Below, piece by piece: positions 28,738-38,633 of a DNA stretch of 64,000 bases (positions are counted from its first letter, which is position 1; every line of letters begins with the position of its first letter). The DNA is from a virus. The translations under genes were made by a program, and so were the position numbers. The DNA lies in the IMG/VR virus record IMGVR_UViG_3300029112_000175, positions 1,552-65,551 of that record. One strand, written 5' to 3'. Below the pieces are notes generated by a model. That model saw only the letters and a list, made by a program, of their open reading frames with translations. It was not told where the DNA came from and did no database searches.

Positions 28738-29673
28738 CTAATTACTATATACGCTATATTCACCGTACATTTGTTTTTCAGTTTCTTCTTCTATCCTACA
28801 AGCTTCTTCAAATGACTCAAAGCGACCAATATATTTTTTCTTAATAACAACATACCATTTATCTCCCTTTTTCTGAACATTCTTATGACCAGATGTATTA
28901 TGAGAAGGAGTCATTTTATTTAATGCATTTTCCTGTAATTTACAAATTCGAAGTTCAGATTTTCTATTATCATCAACTACATGATGGATATGATCTACTT
29001 CGTACCCATCTGGACAATTCATCACTACTCTATGAAGCCAAACAGTTTTTCTAGTATATGGATCATAGGCTACTACATACCCGTTAGTGTCTTTTCTCCA
29101 ACAATATTCTTTTACTTTGTCATAATCCTCAGTATCAAAAATGAATTTTGAATTATCATAACAAATACCTATCATATACCCATTCCCTATTTGATACTTG
29201 TTATACTTTTTTCGTTGTTTTGACAGACGTTCTGCTGATAATCTATCATGAAGACATCCGCATGATTTAGTTGTCCCATTTTTCAACGCACTATATTGGA
29301 TGTTTTTTGCAATTTTCCCGCATTTGCAAAGACAGTTACAGTAAATTAATGATTTATTCGTCTTTCTACAAGCATCTATAATTGTTAAGTCTCCATATTC
29401 CTCGCCAATCAAGTCATCTAAATCATATTTTGTCATCAAGCCTCTAACAATTTCTTTTTGAAGACATCCACATGACCTTGTAGATCCATCTTTTAAGGCT
29501 GAATATCTTATATGAGATTTGTGACCGCCACATACGCAGTCACAATCACACATAATATGTTTTCCTTCGCGATATGTTTTTACAATTTTTAATCGATCAT
29601 AAACCTCTCCGATTAATTTTGTTTCATCTATTCTTGCTCCCATTATCTTATTTCTCCATGTTTTGGATAACAT
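28738..29673 (-). CDS. HNH endonuclease with duplicated N-terminal Cys-rich repeats
   Basis: GYEVDHIHHVVDDN...N matches the HNH motif. Two repeats CxCxCxCG...YSALK.G.T.SCGCL. Inserted between primase and helicase genes. Confidence 0.65.
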   Translation of the reverse strand: MLSKTWRNKIMGARIDETKLIGEVYDRLKIVKTYREGKHIMCDCDCVCGGHKSHIRYSALKDGSTRSCGCLQKEIVRGLMTKYDLDDLIGEEYGDLTIIDACRKTNKSLIYCNCLCKCGKIAKNIQYSALKNGTTKSCGCLHDRLSAERLSKQRKKYNKYQIGNGYMIGICYDNSKFIFDTEDYDKVKEYCWRKDTNGYVVAYDPYTRKTVWLHRVVMNCPDGYEVDHIHHVVDDNRKSELRICKLQENALNKMTPSHNTSGHKNVQKKGDKWYVVIKKKYIGRFESFEEACRIEEETEKQMYGEYSVYSN

Positions 29674-31205
29674 TGCGCAATTTCTCTAAAAATAGAGTGA
29701 TCACCGTCATATTTTAAAATATATGCTTTTCCGTTATCCTGAGAGTTTGCACCGTTTCGTGCTTTCTCAACAAAAAGACATCTGTATACTCCATTTGGAT
29801 CAACTTTATATTCTTCTTCAATCCACTTATCATTAATCTTCTTTAGTCTAAATGGACGGCAATAATATTTACTTTTTTCATCAAATTCTTCTGGATACAT
29901 ATTTCTCATCAAGAAATAATTCTCCAAAATTTCTTTTAATTGACGGGAGTTCGAAGTGTTCATAGATGAAAGAAATAATTGACCTCTAGTAGATTCAGAA
30001 AGTTGCACGGATGCAAGCATAATCAAATTATATTTCTTTGCCAATTTATGTAAATCTCTACTGTCCCGAATTAAAGCTAAGTCTTGTCTTGCATTTGACA
30101 TGTCTGCTTCTTGCATTTTAAAAGTATCATATAGTACAGTATCATAACCATACCTAAGAACATTTTCTCTAATCTTCTTTTTTACGACACTCATATTCGC
30201 ATCATCAATTGCGATAAATTTAACTTTACCTTTATAATTTTCTCGCCAAAACTTTTGAACAGAGGAAAGCTGCTCTCGATCTTCTTTCGAAATATTTCCA
30301 GCAGTCATTTTCTTTTTAGTAAGCTTAAAATATCTATTATGTTTTCCAAGGAGCCAAACCATGAATTTGATTTTAAATTTTTTTACATTTTCCTCATTAG
30401 AGATGATTAAAATTTTTCTATCATAATGAAGAAGTGCCATAATGATTGTGACATACCAGCTACTCTTTCCACAGCTACTATATCCCCCCATCATACTAAA
30501 TGTACCTTCCAACAGCCCCATTGTCTGCCCAGACAAAAACGGGAAACAGTTGATCTCTTCACCATTCACATCATAGCCAGCAATATCAAATGGGACACCA
30601 TTCTCCTCACCTTCTGCACATGACTCAATAAACTCGTCATCAAAGTCGATTTCTTCTTCTTCAAGAATCTTGCTGGAATATCCTGTGCCGTAAGAATTAA
30701 TTCTTGCATCGTACCAGTCCGTTACCTCTTCTGCTGTCATCTTCCGAAATAGCTTTAGCGGCACCACCGGCTTGTCATTTACCATGATCTCTTTAAGAAG
30801 ATTAAATCCATCATCATGCATATGTAGGAGTATATTCTCTCTATAGAGGATATCTATGTATGTATCGAAATTTTGGACATTTATGATATCTATTTGGTGT
30901 TGAATGGCTTCCCAGCCTCCACAGTCCTCATAACGCCCAATAACGTCCTCATTCATATTGGATAAAATCGTGATTTCATCCAGAGAATAAAAGCCCTTTT
31001 TACGCAGATTTTTGAGCATAGAAAAATAGAAAAGTCCGTCTGCTGTGATAAAATCCTTTTGTTCGAAGGTCGTATCGTCCAAAAGCAGCATATCTTTGAA
31101 GAAACAACTGATAACATTGCCTTCTGCCTCAATTCTTCCTTTTAGAAGTGCCGCTGGATATTTTTCTTTTACACCTGTAATAAACTCAGCCATATTAGTC
31201 TCCAA
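29643..31205 (-). CDS. DnaB-family replicative helicase
   Basis: RecA-fold Walker A GGYSSCGKSS. 520 aa. Adjacent to primase-like gene. Confidence 0.5.
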   Translation of the reverse strand: METNMAEFITGVKEKYPAALLKGRIEAEGNVISCFFKDMLLLDDTTFEQKDFITADGLFYFSMLKNLRKKGFYSLDEITILSNMNEDVIGRYEDCGGWEAIQHQIDIINVQNFDTYIDILYRENILLHMHDDGFNLLKEIMVNDKPVVPLKLFRKMTAEEVTDWYDARINSYGTGYSSKILEEEEIDFDDEFIESCAEGEENGVPFDIAGYDVNGEEINCFPFLSGQTMGLLEGTFSMMGGYSSCGKSSWYVTIIMALLHYDRKILIISNEENVKKFKIKFMVWLLGKHNRYFKLTKKKMTAGNISKEDREQLSSVQKFWRENYKGKVKFIAIDDANMSVVKKKIRENVLRYGYDTVLYDTFKMQEADMSNARQDLALIRDSRDLHKLAKKYNLIMLASVQLSESTRGQLFLSSMNTSNSRQLKEILENYFLMRNMYPEEFDEKSKYYCRPFRLKKINDKWIEEEYKVDPNGVYRCLFVEKARNGANSQDNGKAYILKYDGDHSIFREIAQCYPKHGEIR

Positions 31206-31695
31206 TTTCCTGTTCTATCTGTTCCAGGCTACGTTTTTTCTTCTTTCTTCTGTAACGAACTTCTTCTATATCAACAGATACTTCTACGAGCTTCTTAGGT
31301 TCTTCCACTACAACATTCTCTGAATAGTCATGAAGTTTATTACGCAGAATAGTTGAGAAATATCTGATCTTTCCATATTCTTTACTGGTAAGGCGATGGA
31401 TTACATCATAGAGATAATCGAAATTTTCTTTTAGATATGAAGAAATCATTGTATAGCCGTATGTCTCTATCAATGGATTAATTTCTTTGTATAATGCTGT
31501 ATTTACAATCGTATAACCAAAAATCTGATTAATCAGGTCATACATCATTTTCTTGTCTCCACGTTCTTTCAAAATAGCCAGGTATTCTTCTTCATTGCAG
31601 TAGTAGGCGTTTTTACCGCCCACTACCACTTTGAATGCATCATTCCTGTCAATCTTTTGCCCACAGGCTCTGCACTTGACTAGCAAGATGATCAT
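31195..31695 (-). CDS. hypothetical protein with N-terminal Zn-ribbon
   Basis: CRACGQK...YYCNEEE. Confidence 0.4.
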   Translation of the reverse strand: MIILLVKCRACGQKIDRNDAFKVVVGGKNAYYCNEEEYLAILKERGDKKMMYDLINQIFGYTIVNTALYKEINPLIETYGYTMISSYLKENFDYLYDVIHRLTSKEYGKIRYFSTILRNKLHDYSENVVVEEPKKLVEVSVDIEEVRYRRKKKKRSLEQIEQEIGD

Positions 31696-32849
31696 CCTTT
31701 CATCATGTCATAAATTTTCTTAAGTCCTTCTTCGTCTACGTCATTTAACTTACCGTATTCAGTAATTACTTTCTTAACGTCAGCCTTTATGTCCTTATCA
31801 GTACATTCTTTAAACATAGTACGAATTGTATCTGCAAGGTCTTCTGGATAATCTCTTGTTTCGTCTACAGTATCATCAATATCTTCCTTCTCTTCCTCAT
31901 CGAATGGAAGTTCTTCGTCCATATAATCTGGTTCTGGAATTGCCGTTGGAGTTTCTTTTACTGGGGCGGATGGGTTAGAATTTTTAGATGTGAATTCATT
32001 TTTCTTAGAATTCTTAATGGCATCTTTTAATGCTGTACGAAGAGCATCTGCATCAAGAGGAATTTCATTAACAATGCCAGCAAATCTGGACTTACTATCT
32101 ACACTATATGAATCGTCTCTAAATACAATCTTCCTCTTCTCGTCTTTTACCTTATTTACAGTAATTTCTTTGTGGTTAATGATATTTGTTCTGCCAGTAC
32201 CTTCAGCCTCAATAGATCTGTCTACACAAGCAACACCAACAACATGAACTTTTGTCTTAAAATCGTTGAAGTATCTCTGAGCCATATTAGATGTCAGTGT
32301 TGTATATGCTGCGCTTGTTACAGGATCAATAATGTCTTTTGTTTTTGAGTGACAGGTGTACCAAACTTTCACACCAACCTTACCTAATGCCCTTACTTTG
32401 TCATAAATCATATCAAATACGACATCATAACCTGCGCCAAATCCACCCTGAACACTATTTAAAGTCTTTGCGGGTTTAAAATTCTTATTGCCAAGATTTT
32501 CTTTGTTCCAATCTGCAATCGCTTGAGTTTCCGTACAAGCAATGAGCTGATCAAGTGTATCTACAATAACTACTCTTAAATCTGGATATTCGGTGTTTTT
32601 ATTTTTTACAATGTCATTGCAAATCTCAACGAACTTCTTATATGTTGGGACATCTTCGTATGTAACACCATCAATAGCAGAAACACCTTCTTCATCGCCT
32701 GTATTCAGTAATAAATATCCATCAGGGCCAAATTCTTTTTCACAAAGTTCACTGATTACGGTTGTCTTACCAACACCAGATTCACCACAAATCATGATAG
32801 AATAATCGTATAAGTTGTCACTGATCTTACTTCTCTTTCCAAATGCCAT
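31692..32849 (-). CDS. RecA-like AAA ATPase (Sak4-like) with acidic C-terminal region
   Basis: Walker A ICGESGVGKTT. Walker B VVIVDTLD. Confidence 0.5.
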   Translation of the reverse strand: MAFGKRSKISDNLYDYSIMICGESGVGKTTVISELCEKEFGPDGYLLLNTGDEEGVSAIDGVTYEDVPTYKKFVEICNDIVKNKNTEYPDLRVVIVDTLDQLIACTETQAIADWNKENLGNKNFKPAKTLNSVQGGFGAGYDVVFDMIYDKVRALGKVGVKVWYTCHSKTKDIIDPVTSAAYTTLTSNMAQRYFNDFKTKVHVVGVACVDRSIEAEGTGRTNIINHKEITVNKVKDEKRKIVFRDDSYSVDSKSRFAGIVNEIPLDADALRTALKDAIKNSKKNEFTSKNSNPSAPVKETPTAIPEPDYMDEELPFDEEEKEDIDDTVDETRDYPEDLADTIRTMFKECTDKDIKADVKKVITEYGKLNDVDEEGLKKIYDMMKG

Positions 32850-32915
32850 ATGTATATTCTCCTTTAAATTCGTATTTATTTTGTTTTATAAAAGAAAGGG
32901 CTTAAGCCCAGCCTC

Positions 32916-34133
32916 TTACAGCTCATCATCGTCAGTTGCACTTTCTTCTTCAAATAAGTTCTCATCATCAGAAGATTCTGTTTCAATTGGCTTAATTACC
33001 ATATCATCAGAAGTATAGATTGTATCCTGACGCCCTTTGGTAAATCCTCTGGCTGGTTTTAAAAACTGATATTCTTTAACTCTGTCACCATATACACTTC
33101 CGCCTAATTCAGCTCGAATATCATCCATAGTAATCAGCCCGCAATCTAAGTCTTCTCGCTGATCCTCAGTCAGCATGTCCTCTGTAATCTCTACCTTCTG
33201 AGCACCGTTCAGCATATTGACGATTACTCCGTACTCCTTATATGTATCGTCATCTACCATGAATTTGTGCTTAAGAGACTCAATTCTTCTCTTACCCTTG
33301 TCATCAGCATTTGGATCAACAGGAATAGTAATTGTAACTGGCACTGGGATATTCGCCTTACGGTTGTTCTCATACTCCATCATGAAACCACTCACATAAT
33401 ACTTACCCTTTTCTTCAACGCTCATCTCATCAAGAGCATCTGCACCATAGATAATATTAAATGTTGCTGTTGAACACTCTTCTGCATCATCTGCTGCTAA
33501 ATAAATACGATTTGGGATATAAGACTCATAGACCTGCTGCTTAGAATCAGAATACTGATATTCACCATTGCCACGAATAAAGAACTTCTTATCTGTATAC
33601 TTACCACTGTCAATTACTTTTTTGATGAATTCTGCAAAATCCCATTCAGAGATAAACTCATGTCTCTTCTTAATACTCTTCTTTAAAGCTTCATCCGCTT
33701 CTTCTTTAGAAGTGAGACCAACTTCTTTAAGCTGTTCATCGGTAACTTCCTTACCCTCACGGATACCATCTACCATGTTCTGAAGCTTATATCTTCTACC
33801 AGGTAATTCCAGATCTACGATAAACTTTTTGAACTCTGCAATCTCAGCAAGTTTCGGAGAAGTAAGTCTTTCCTTAAATGGGATTCTAATTGATTCACCT
33901 TTTACTTTCTTACCGTTCTCATCTACACTGCCCTTAGTAAAACTAAACACATCACCGTGTCCATCTTCAAAAGCACCGGCGGTTACAGTAAGCATGTGAC
34001 GATTATCACCACAAGTTACATTAAACATAAGCTGTCTGCGAACCCAACCAGACGGATATGTTTTTTCGCTCCATGGATGAAACTTCTCTGTCTCCTTAGA
34101 AATACTCAGTTTTCCTGTCATTTCGAAATTCAT
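32916..34133 (-). CDS. hypothetical protein with acidic C-terminal tail (possible ssDNA-binding); start corrected
   Basis: The ORF track extends to 34385, but the first 84 codons read like translated AT-rich spacer. Internal ATG at 34131-34133 (MNFEMTGK...) is preceded by a perfect SD TAGGAGGA 8 nt upstream. C-terminus is DDENLFEEESATDDDEL. Confidence 0.45.
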   Translation of the reverse strand: MNFEMTGKLSISKETEKFHPWSEKTYPSGWVRRQLMFNVTCGDNRHMLTVTAGAFEDGHGDVFSFTKGSVDENGKKVKGESIRIPFKERLTSPKLAEIAEFKKFIVDLELPGRRYKLQNMVDGIREGKEVTDEQLKEVGLTSKEEADEALKKSIKKRHEFISEWDFAEFIKKVIDSGKYTDKKFFIRGNGEYQYSDSKQQVYESYIPNRIYLAADDAEECSTATFNIIYGADALDEMSVEEKGKYYVSGFMMEYENNRKANIPVPVTITIPVDPNADDKGKRRIESLKHKFMVDDDTYKEYGVIVNMLNGAQKVEITEDMLTEDQREDLDCGLITMDDIRAELGGSVYGDRVKEYQFLKPARGFTKGRQDTIYTSDDMVIKPIETESSDDENLFEEESATDDDEL

Positions 34134-34136
34134 AAA

Positions 34137-34404
34137 ATGAATCCTCCTAATATAATAATTTTTATTAATAACCAATTTATCTAAACGCCTTCTCAGGCGG
34201 AACACAGAAGGTAAATCTATAAGATAAACATCTATGTTAAACAGTGGTTTTTGAGTATAAGAACCCAAGGGTATGCTGTTCTTCCACCCATACAAATGTT
34301 TTCCGTATTTATTCTCTTGTTCTGTCTCGATTTTTATATAATTTTTGTGACATTTTGTTTTGGAATTTTGAACTGATTTGTTCAAGACTGATTAGATATT
34401 TTAA
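34137..34404 (-). terminator. intergenic region with GC hairpin (CGCCTTCTCAGGCGG), likely terminator after 34405..34713
   Basis: Inverted repeat CCTTCT...AGAAGG / CGCC..GGCG followed by TTTAG on the minus strand. Confidence 0.3.
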
Positions 34405-34713
34405 TTACTTTTTACTTGCTTCCCATAAACATTCCAATATATTAGTTTTGTTTTTATCTTGAAATTTATAGTCCATTTCATAATCTGTAAAACTAATTGT
34501 TACCTTTTTCTTATGCTCAATTTTCCCAGTTATAGGATTCCATTCATCCCAACAAGTAATTTCTATCTTTGCATTATTTAAATTTGAAATATCAATTCCA
34601 ATATTTATACTTTCTGATTTGTCTTTAATAGTGCCTTTCGCATCTATATGCATGTTCTCTAATTTATCAAGAATAATATCTGATAAGTTTATAAGATCCT
34701 CTATCTTTCTCAC
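34405..34713 (-). CDS. hypothetical protein
   Basis: ORF in array. Confidence 0.4.
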   Translation of the reverse strand: MRKIEDLINLSDIILDKLENMHIDAKGTIKDKSESINIGIDISNLNNAKIEITCWDEWNPITGKIEHKKKVTISFTDYEMDYKFQDKNKTNILECLWEASKK

Positions 34714-34788
34714 CTCCTCAAAATCCGAATGAAACAGTGATTTACTGTGACTGCTTCACTTACTTATTCTCCCGTTTTATAAATTTAT

Positions 34789-35019
34789 TTAAGATAAACT
34801 TTCTTCAACCAATATATTTAATTTTTTCCAACAAGAAATACATATATGGAATGGCTGACTTTGTAATCTGAACGATTTTAGATATATGATTTTTTCATTA
34901 CTTAATTCTTTATCACAAATTTTACATCTACATTTTTTAGTATTTCTTACTTCAAATTCGTTAAATTCATGTATAAAACTTTTATCCATTTTCCCCCTCC
35001 ATATATGTTTATTCTCCAT
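34789..35019 (-). CDS. zinc-ribbon small protein
   Basis: CRCKIC...CISCW. Confidence 0.4.
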   Translation of the reverse strand: MENKHIWRGKMDKSFIHEFNEFEVRNTKKCRCKICDKELSNEKIIYLKSFRLQSQPFHICISCWKKLNILVEESLS

Positions 35020-35067
35020 TCGATTTTCATTTATATTGGAAATTGTTAGCTGAATCGCTAAGATTAA

Positions 35068-35571
35068 TTATTCAAGATTTTTCATCTTGCAAATAACATT
35101 CTTATTCCTGATTGTTTCTGCTAAATTATTCAAACCAAGCTGAGTATCTATGTGATATGTATCAACAAATCTTGGTTGACTCTTATCATCATGAATTGCA
35201 TCTTTATATGTTTTAATAAATTTTTCTATCCCAACTTCATCACGATATTGACTCATTTCTTTCTCATAGATCGGATTATAAGATTGAGTAATTGGAGGTT
35301 CGTTTCCACAATGACCACCTGCTCTAATATTTAGCTCTTTATATTTCTCATATATTTTGTTTGCTATATCCAACGGCATATCTCCATCGCAAACCCAATA
35401 TGTCCAAGCTCTATAAAATACAAAGCCATTTAAGATACCAATATATCTTGTTTTTACTTCTGTATTCATATAATACGGTAATCTAAATACTGGAATATTT
35501 GCTAACCGAAGTTCTTCTTTTACTTTGTCATCAATTGTTCCATCATATTCATGTCTTGCAAAATTATCCAT
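35068..35571 (-). CDS. hypothetical protein
   Basis: ORF in array. Confidence 0.4.
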   Translation of the reverse strand: MDNFARHEYDGTIDDKVKEELRLANIPVFRLPYYMNTEVKTRYIGILNGFVFYRAWTYWVCDGDMPLDIANKIYEKYKELNIRAGGHCGNEPPITQSYNPIYEKEMSQYRDEVGIEKFIKTYKDAIHDDKSQPRFVDTYHIDTQLGLNNLAETIRNKNVICKMKNLE

Positions 35572-35597
35572 TTTCTCACCTCCAACTATACATTCTC

Positions 35598-35921
35598 TTA
35601 TTTTCTTCGCTCTTTTCTATCAACTACATGCTTATGACCTTTAGGACAAACACTATATAAAATATCAGCATATCCATCTACATAATCGTTACCACCTGAA
35701 TTAATAGGATCTTCATACACGCAAATCTTTGTAGGAATAGTTTCTTTCTCTGAAAAGAAAGATTTTGTAAGATAATAGTCCTTGCACTCCTCACAATATG
35801 TAAGTTTACCATTGATGATGTTTTTCGCTGTTTTGATATCATCTTCATATTGTTTTAAAGCATCTAATTTTTCACTATCTCTTGCTCTTGAAATAATGAT
35901 GTCTTCGATATTTTTTAACAT
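35598..35921 (-). CDS. hypothetical protein
   Basis: ORF in array. Confidence 0.4.
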   Translation of the reverse strand: MLKNIEDIIISRARDSEKLDALKQYEDDIKTAKNIINGKLTYCEECKDYYLTKSFFSEKETIPTKICVYEDPINSGGNDYVDGYADILYSVCPKGHKHVVDRKERRK

Positions 35922-35963
35922 TTTTCTTACCTCCCATAGCCAAGAAATGTCCGTTTCATTCGA

Positions 35964-36209
35964 TTATAAATCAACATCTTCCATGACTGCTCTTGCTTCA
36001 AGAATCGCAATATAATCAGTCATAGCCTTAATTTGCATATTATATGTACTTCTTGGGCAAGTTGGCTCAAAACTTAATGTCCCCTCATCCCATTTTGTAA
36101 GCATTGATTTAAGACCTCTATATCTTGTAACCAGCTGATAATACTCAGCTTTAAACCTTTCCTTATAGTCGTTGCTATTCATCATTTCTACTGTATCTTT
36201 TAATGTCAT
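35964..36209 (-). CDS. hypothetical protein
   Basis: ORF in array. Confidence 0.35.
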   Translation of the reverse strand: MTLKDTVEMMNSNDYKERFKAEYYQLVTRYRGLKSMLTKWDEGTLSFEPTCPRSTYNMQIKAMTDYIAILEARAVMEDVDL

Positions 36210-36229
36210 AATTATATTCTCCTTTATTT

Positions 36230-37108
36230 TTACTCTTCACCAACAAAAACTAATCTATCAATATATTCTCTACCTTCGCCCTTGAAAATAGGGATATCTA
36301 TATCAATAATCCACTCATTTTCAGACTTAGAAGTATCTCTTAACTGCGCAGTTGTCATGACACTATCAGTTTCAATAACAATCTTATTTCTTACACAACA
36401 GCTTCCTCTCTTCTGATAAGTCGGTAAATCGTTCCAGTTAATACCTTTCTGAGTAATAAGCATATCCTGAATATCATTGCATGATTTATTCTGTAATTCT
36501 TTATGTGAGAAATTAGCTTGACCTACCATCTGAATTGAGTTATGAGAAGCGTCTAATTGCCTCCAATATACGAGATTTGTTACTTCTTCTTTTGGAATAT
36601 TGAAACAACGAGCATCGAACATTGCACCTTTGTCAACTGCTTTTGTGTAAATTTGACACATTTCATATTCTGGTGTACCTTTCCCATACCACCCATTGAT
36701 TTCATGTTCTGTTGCATAACACTGTTCAAAATCCTCTACATTCTTGGAAAAAGCTTTATTAAAAGCCATCGTAGCCATACTTGCCGCAATACTACAAATC
36801 TTCTGTACTTCATAATCAAACCATGCTGAAGATGTGAGCTTCTTATAATCAACAAGAATCAATGTAATCTCATCTGACTGCGTGTAACCAAGAACACAGC
36901 CCTGAATATTCTCGCATAAGTATTTCATTGTTTCCTGCATTGACTTAATTAACACTTCATCAAACGGCTTATGGAATCCTCTTGTGAATGTATGGAACGC
37001 CTTTCCATCAATTCTGATAGCAACTGGACACCTTCTCATTAATTTTGTCTTAGGAATCTGCTCATAAAATGTCTTCATGCGACAGCCTAAATCATCATGT
37101 ACTGGCAT
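36230..37108 (-). CDS. Thg1-like protein (tRNA-His guanylyltransferase family, 3'-5' nucleotidyltransferase)
   Basis: N-terminal block FYEQ...RCPVAIRIDGKAFHTFTRGFHKPFDEVLIKSMQETMKYL...GYTQSDEITLIL aligns closely with eukaryotic Thg1 (YVVVRLDGRNFHRFA..KPND..AYGQSDEYSF). SD AGAGAGGT precedes the ATG. Confidence 0.75.
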   Translation of the reverse strand: MPVHDDLGCRMKTFYEQIPKTKLMRRCPVAIRIDGKAFHTFTRGFHKPFDEVLIKSMQETMKYLCENIQGCVLGYTQSDEITLILVDYKKLTSSAWFDYEVQKICSIAASMATMAFNKAFSKNVEDFEQCYATEHEINGWYGKGTPEYEMCQIYTKAVDKGAMFDARCFNIPKEEVTNLVYWRQLDASHNSIQMVGQANFSHKELQNKSCNDIQDMLITQKGINWNDLPTYQKRGSCCVRNKIVIETDSVMTTAQLRDTSKSENEWIIDIDIPIFKGEGREYIDRLVFVGEE

Positions 37109-37147
37109 ATATGTACCTCTCTTTCAATATTTTATTCTCCTTTATAA

Positions 37148-37561
37148 CTACCATCTGCTCGTATATCTACTATCTATAAACAGCTCTTCTTTTGGTCTTG
37201 GATCTTTCAAATCACGACTATCTAATCTAAGACTATTACCATAATATCCATTCCACGAACCACAACCTCTTACATTTACCCTTCCATCAAAAAAGATACT
37301 AGTAATTTGATAAGCAGGTTTATCACAACATTGCCAATAACTGATTTTGAAGCAGTTATCCTTATTTACATTCTCTAAATGTTCTGGCACAGATCCCCAA
37401 ATTTCACACTCGTCATTGATTTGCTTTAACGTATATCCTTCATTAAGCATATCATTAGCTTTTTCAATTCTTTTGTGTCTTGTTTCACAAGCTAAAGCAT
37501 CATCAGGTGTGTCAAATAATTTTCCACATTCAGAACATTTATATTTAATTACTTTCTCCAA
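37148..37561 (-). CDS. hypothetical protein with N-terminal Zn-ribbon
   Basis: CSECGK...CETRH. Confidence 0.4.
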   Translation of the reverse strand: MEKVIKYKCSECGKLFDTPDDALACETRHKRIEKANDMLNEGYTLKQINDECEIWGSVPEHLENVNKDNCFKISYWQCCDKPAYQITSIFFDGRVNVRGCGSWNGYYGNSLRLDSRDLKDPRPKEELFIDSRYTSRW

Positions 37562-37590
37562 GATTTTACCTCTTCATAAGAAATCAAATT

Positions 37591-38097
37591 TTACTGCGAG
37601 TTTTTACTTTCTAAGTAATCTTCTCTTAATATCTCATACGATTTCTTATCATAATATTCTCCGTCATAGCACTTAAATTCCTTACGCCAGGTTCCAATAA
37701 TTCTTCCATTGTATTTTTTAATCATTTTGTCATACGACTTTTCAATTGGATTTCCAATTACAACACAAAACGTAAGTTTGCGAAATTTAAACTTGTCGAA
37801 GATATCCTGTAATGCACGACCAAGATCCATCCCGAATGTCGTCTTGTTATCTGAAAAATTGTAAATGCACAATCCATTACAACTATTATCTTGACGAGAC
37901 ACATTATATCTTATATAGCCAATTACATTTCCGTCTTTATCAACAGATACAAACTGATGTTTATTCCATGTATTACCTTCAATTTTTTCTTCTTCACAAT
38001 ATGTATTTGCATGTACAAATTTATACTTATCTGTAAACCATGTATCTACAAGCTTTTTCTGCAACTCTTCTTTATGTTTAATTGCTAAATCTAACAC
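37591..38097 (-). CDS. hypothetical protein (possible GNAT-like fold)
   Basis: Weak resemblance only. Confidence 0.3.
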   Translation of the reverse strand: MLDLAIKHKEELQKKLVDTWFTDKYKFVHANTYCEEEKIEGNTWNKHQFVSVDKDGNVIGYIRYNVSRQDNSCNGLCIYNFSDNKTTFGMDLGRALQDIFDKFKFRKLTFCVVIGNPIEKSYDKMIKKYNGRIIGTWRKEFKCYDGEYYDKKSYEILREDYLESKNSQ

Positions 38098-38143
38098 CTT
38101 TTCATCTCCTCGTATGAAACCGATATTTCTTGTTTAATTTGTT

Positions 38144-38182
38144 ACTGTATATAGTAGTTTTATCTGACTACTATATACAGTA
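38144..38182 (-). promoter_or_regulatory. perfect 16-bp inverted repeat TACTGTATATAGTAGT-N7-ACTACTATATACAGTA
   Basis: Sits in the 128-bp gap between 38226..38633 and 37591..38097. T-run on the plus side. Confidence 0.45.
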
Positions 38183-38225
38183 TACGTTTTTATTAAATAT
38201 ACTACTTATAGTATTATTCTCTCTT

Positions 38226-38633
38226 TTACTTCAATAAAGCAGCAATCTCATCAATTTCCAGCTCTGTTTTCTTATCATCAGAAAGCAACTTGTCCAACTT
38301 GCTCTCCATTTTCTTCAAATCAGACTCTTCTTTCTTCAGACCAGATACCTCCAACTTACTCTTAATATCTTTAATCCATGCTGTCACACTATATCCTGAA
38401 ATTTCAAAATCAGCCATATTAAGATCCTTTGCAGACATTAAATATGAATTCAATCTAATCAAAAGTAATAATAATGCATCATCTGAACACACATTTAGAT
38501 TAATTGTTATTCCATCCATATTAAGAACGCAATTTGTTTCAGGAATAAATCTGATCTTCTTCTCAGAAATTGATTTCTTCTTGACTTCAATCTGTTTCTT
38601 TAATTCTAAAATTCTGTCATCGTTTTTACTCAT
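38226..38633 (-). CDS. hypothetical protein
   Basis: ORF in array. Confidence 0.4.
   Translation of the reverse strand: MSKNDDRILELKKQIEVKKKSISEKKIRFIPETNCVLNMDGITINLNVCSDDALLLLLIRLNSYLMSAKDLNMADFEISGYSVTAWIKDIKSKLEVSGLKKEESDLKKMESKLDKLLSDDKKTELEIDEIAALLK

Noticed and set aside
34320-34345. LexA/Cheo-box-like GAACAAATCAGTTC in the intergenic region upstream of 32916..34133.
   Set aside because: Spacing is GAAC-N6-GTTC rather than GAAC-N4-GTTC, and it lacks the flanking CG. Probably chance.
34134-34385. N-terminal 84 codons of ORF 32916..34385.
   Set aside because: The translation reads like AT-rich spacer. A perfect SD plus ATG occurs at 34133, and the region contains a GC hairpin.
37591-38097. 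GNAT acetyltransferase call.
   Set aside because: No clear R/Q-x-x-G-x-G/A acetyl-CoA motif.
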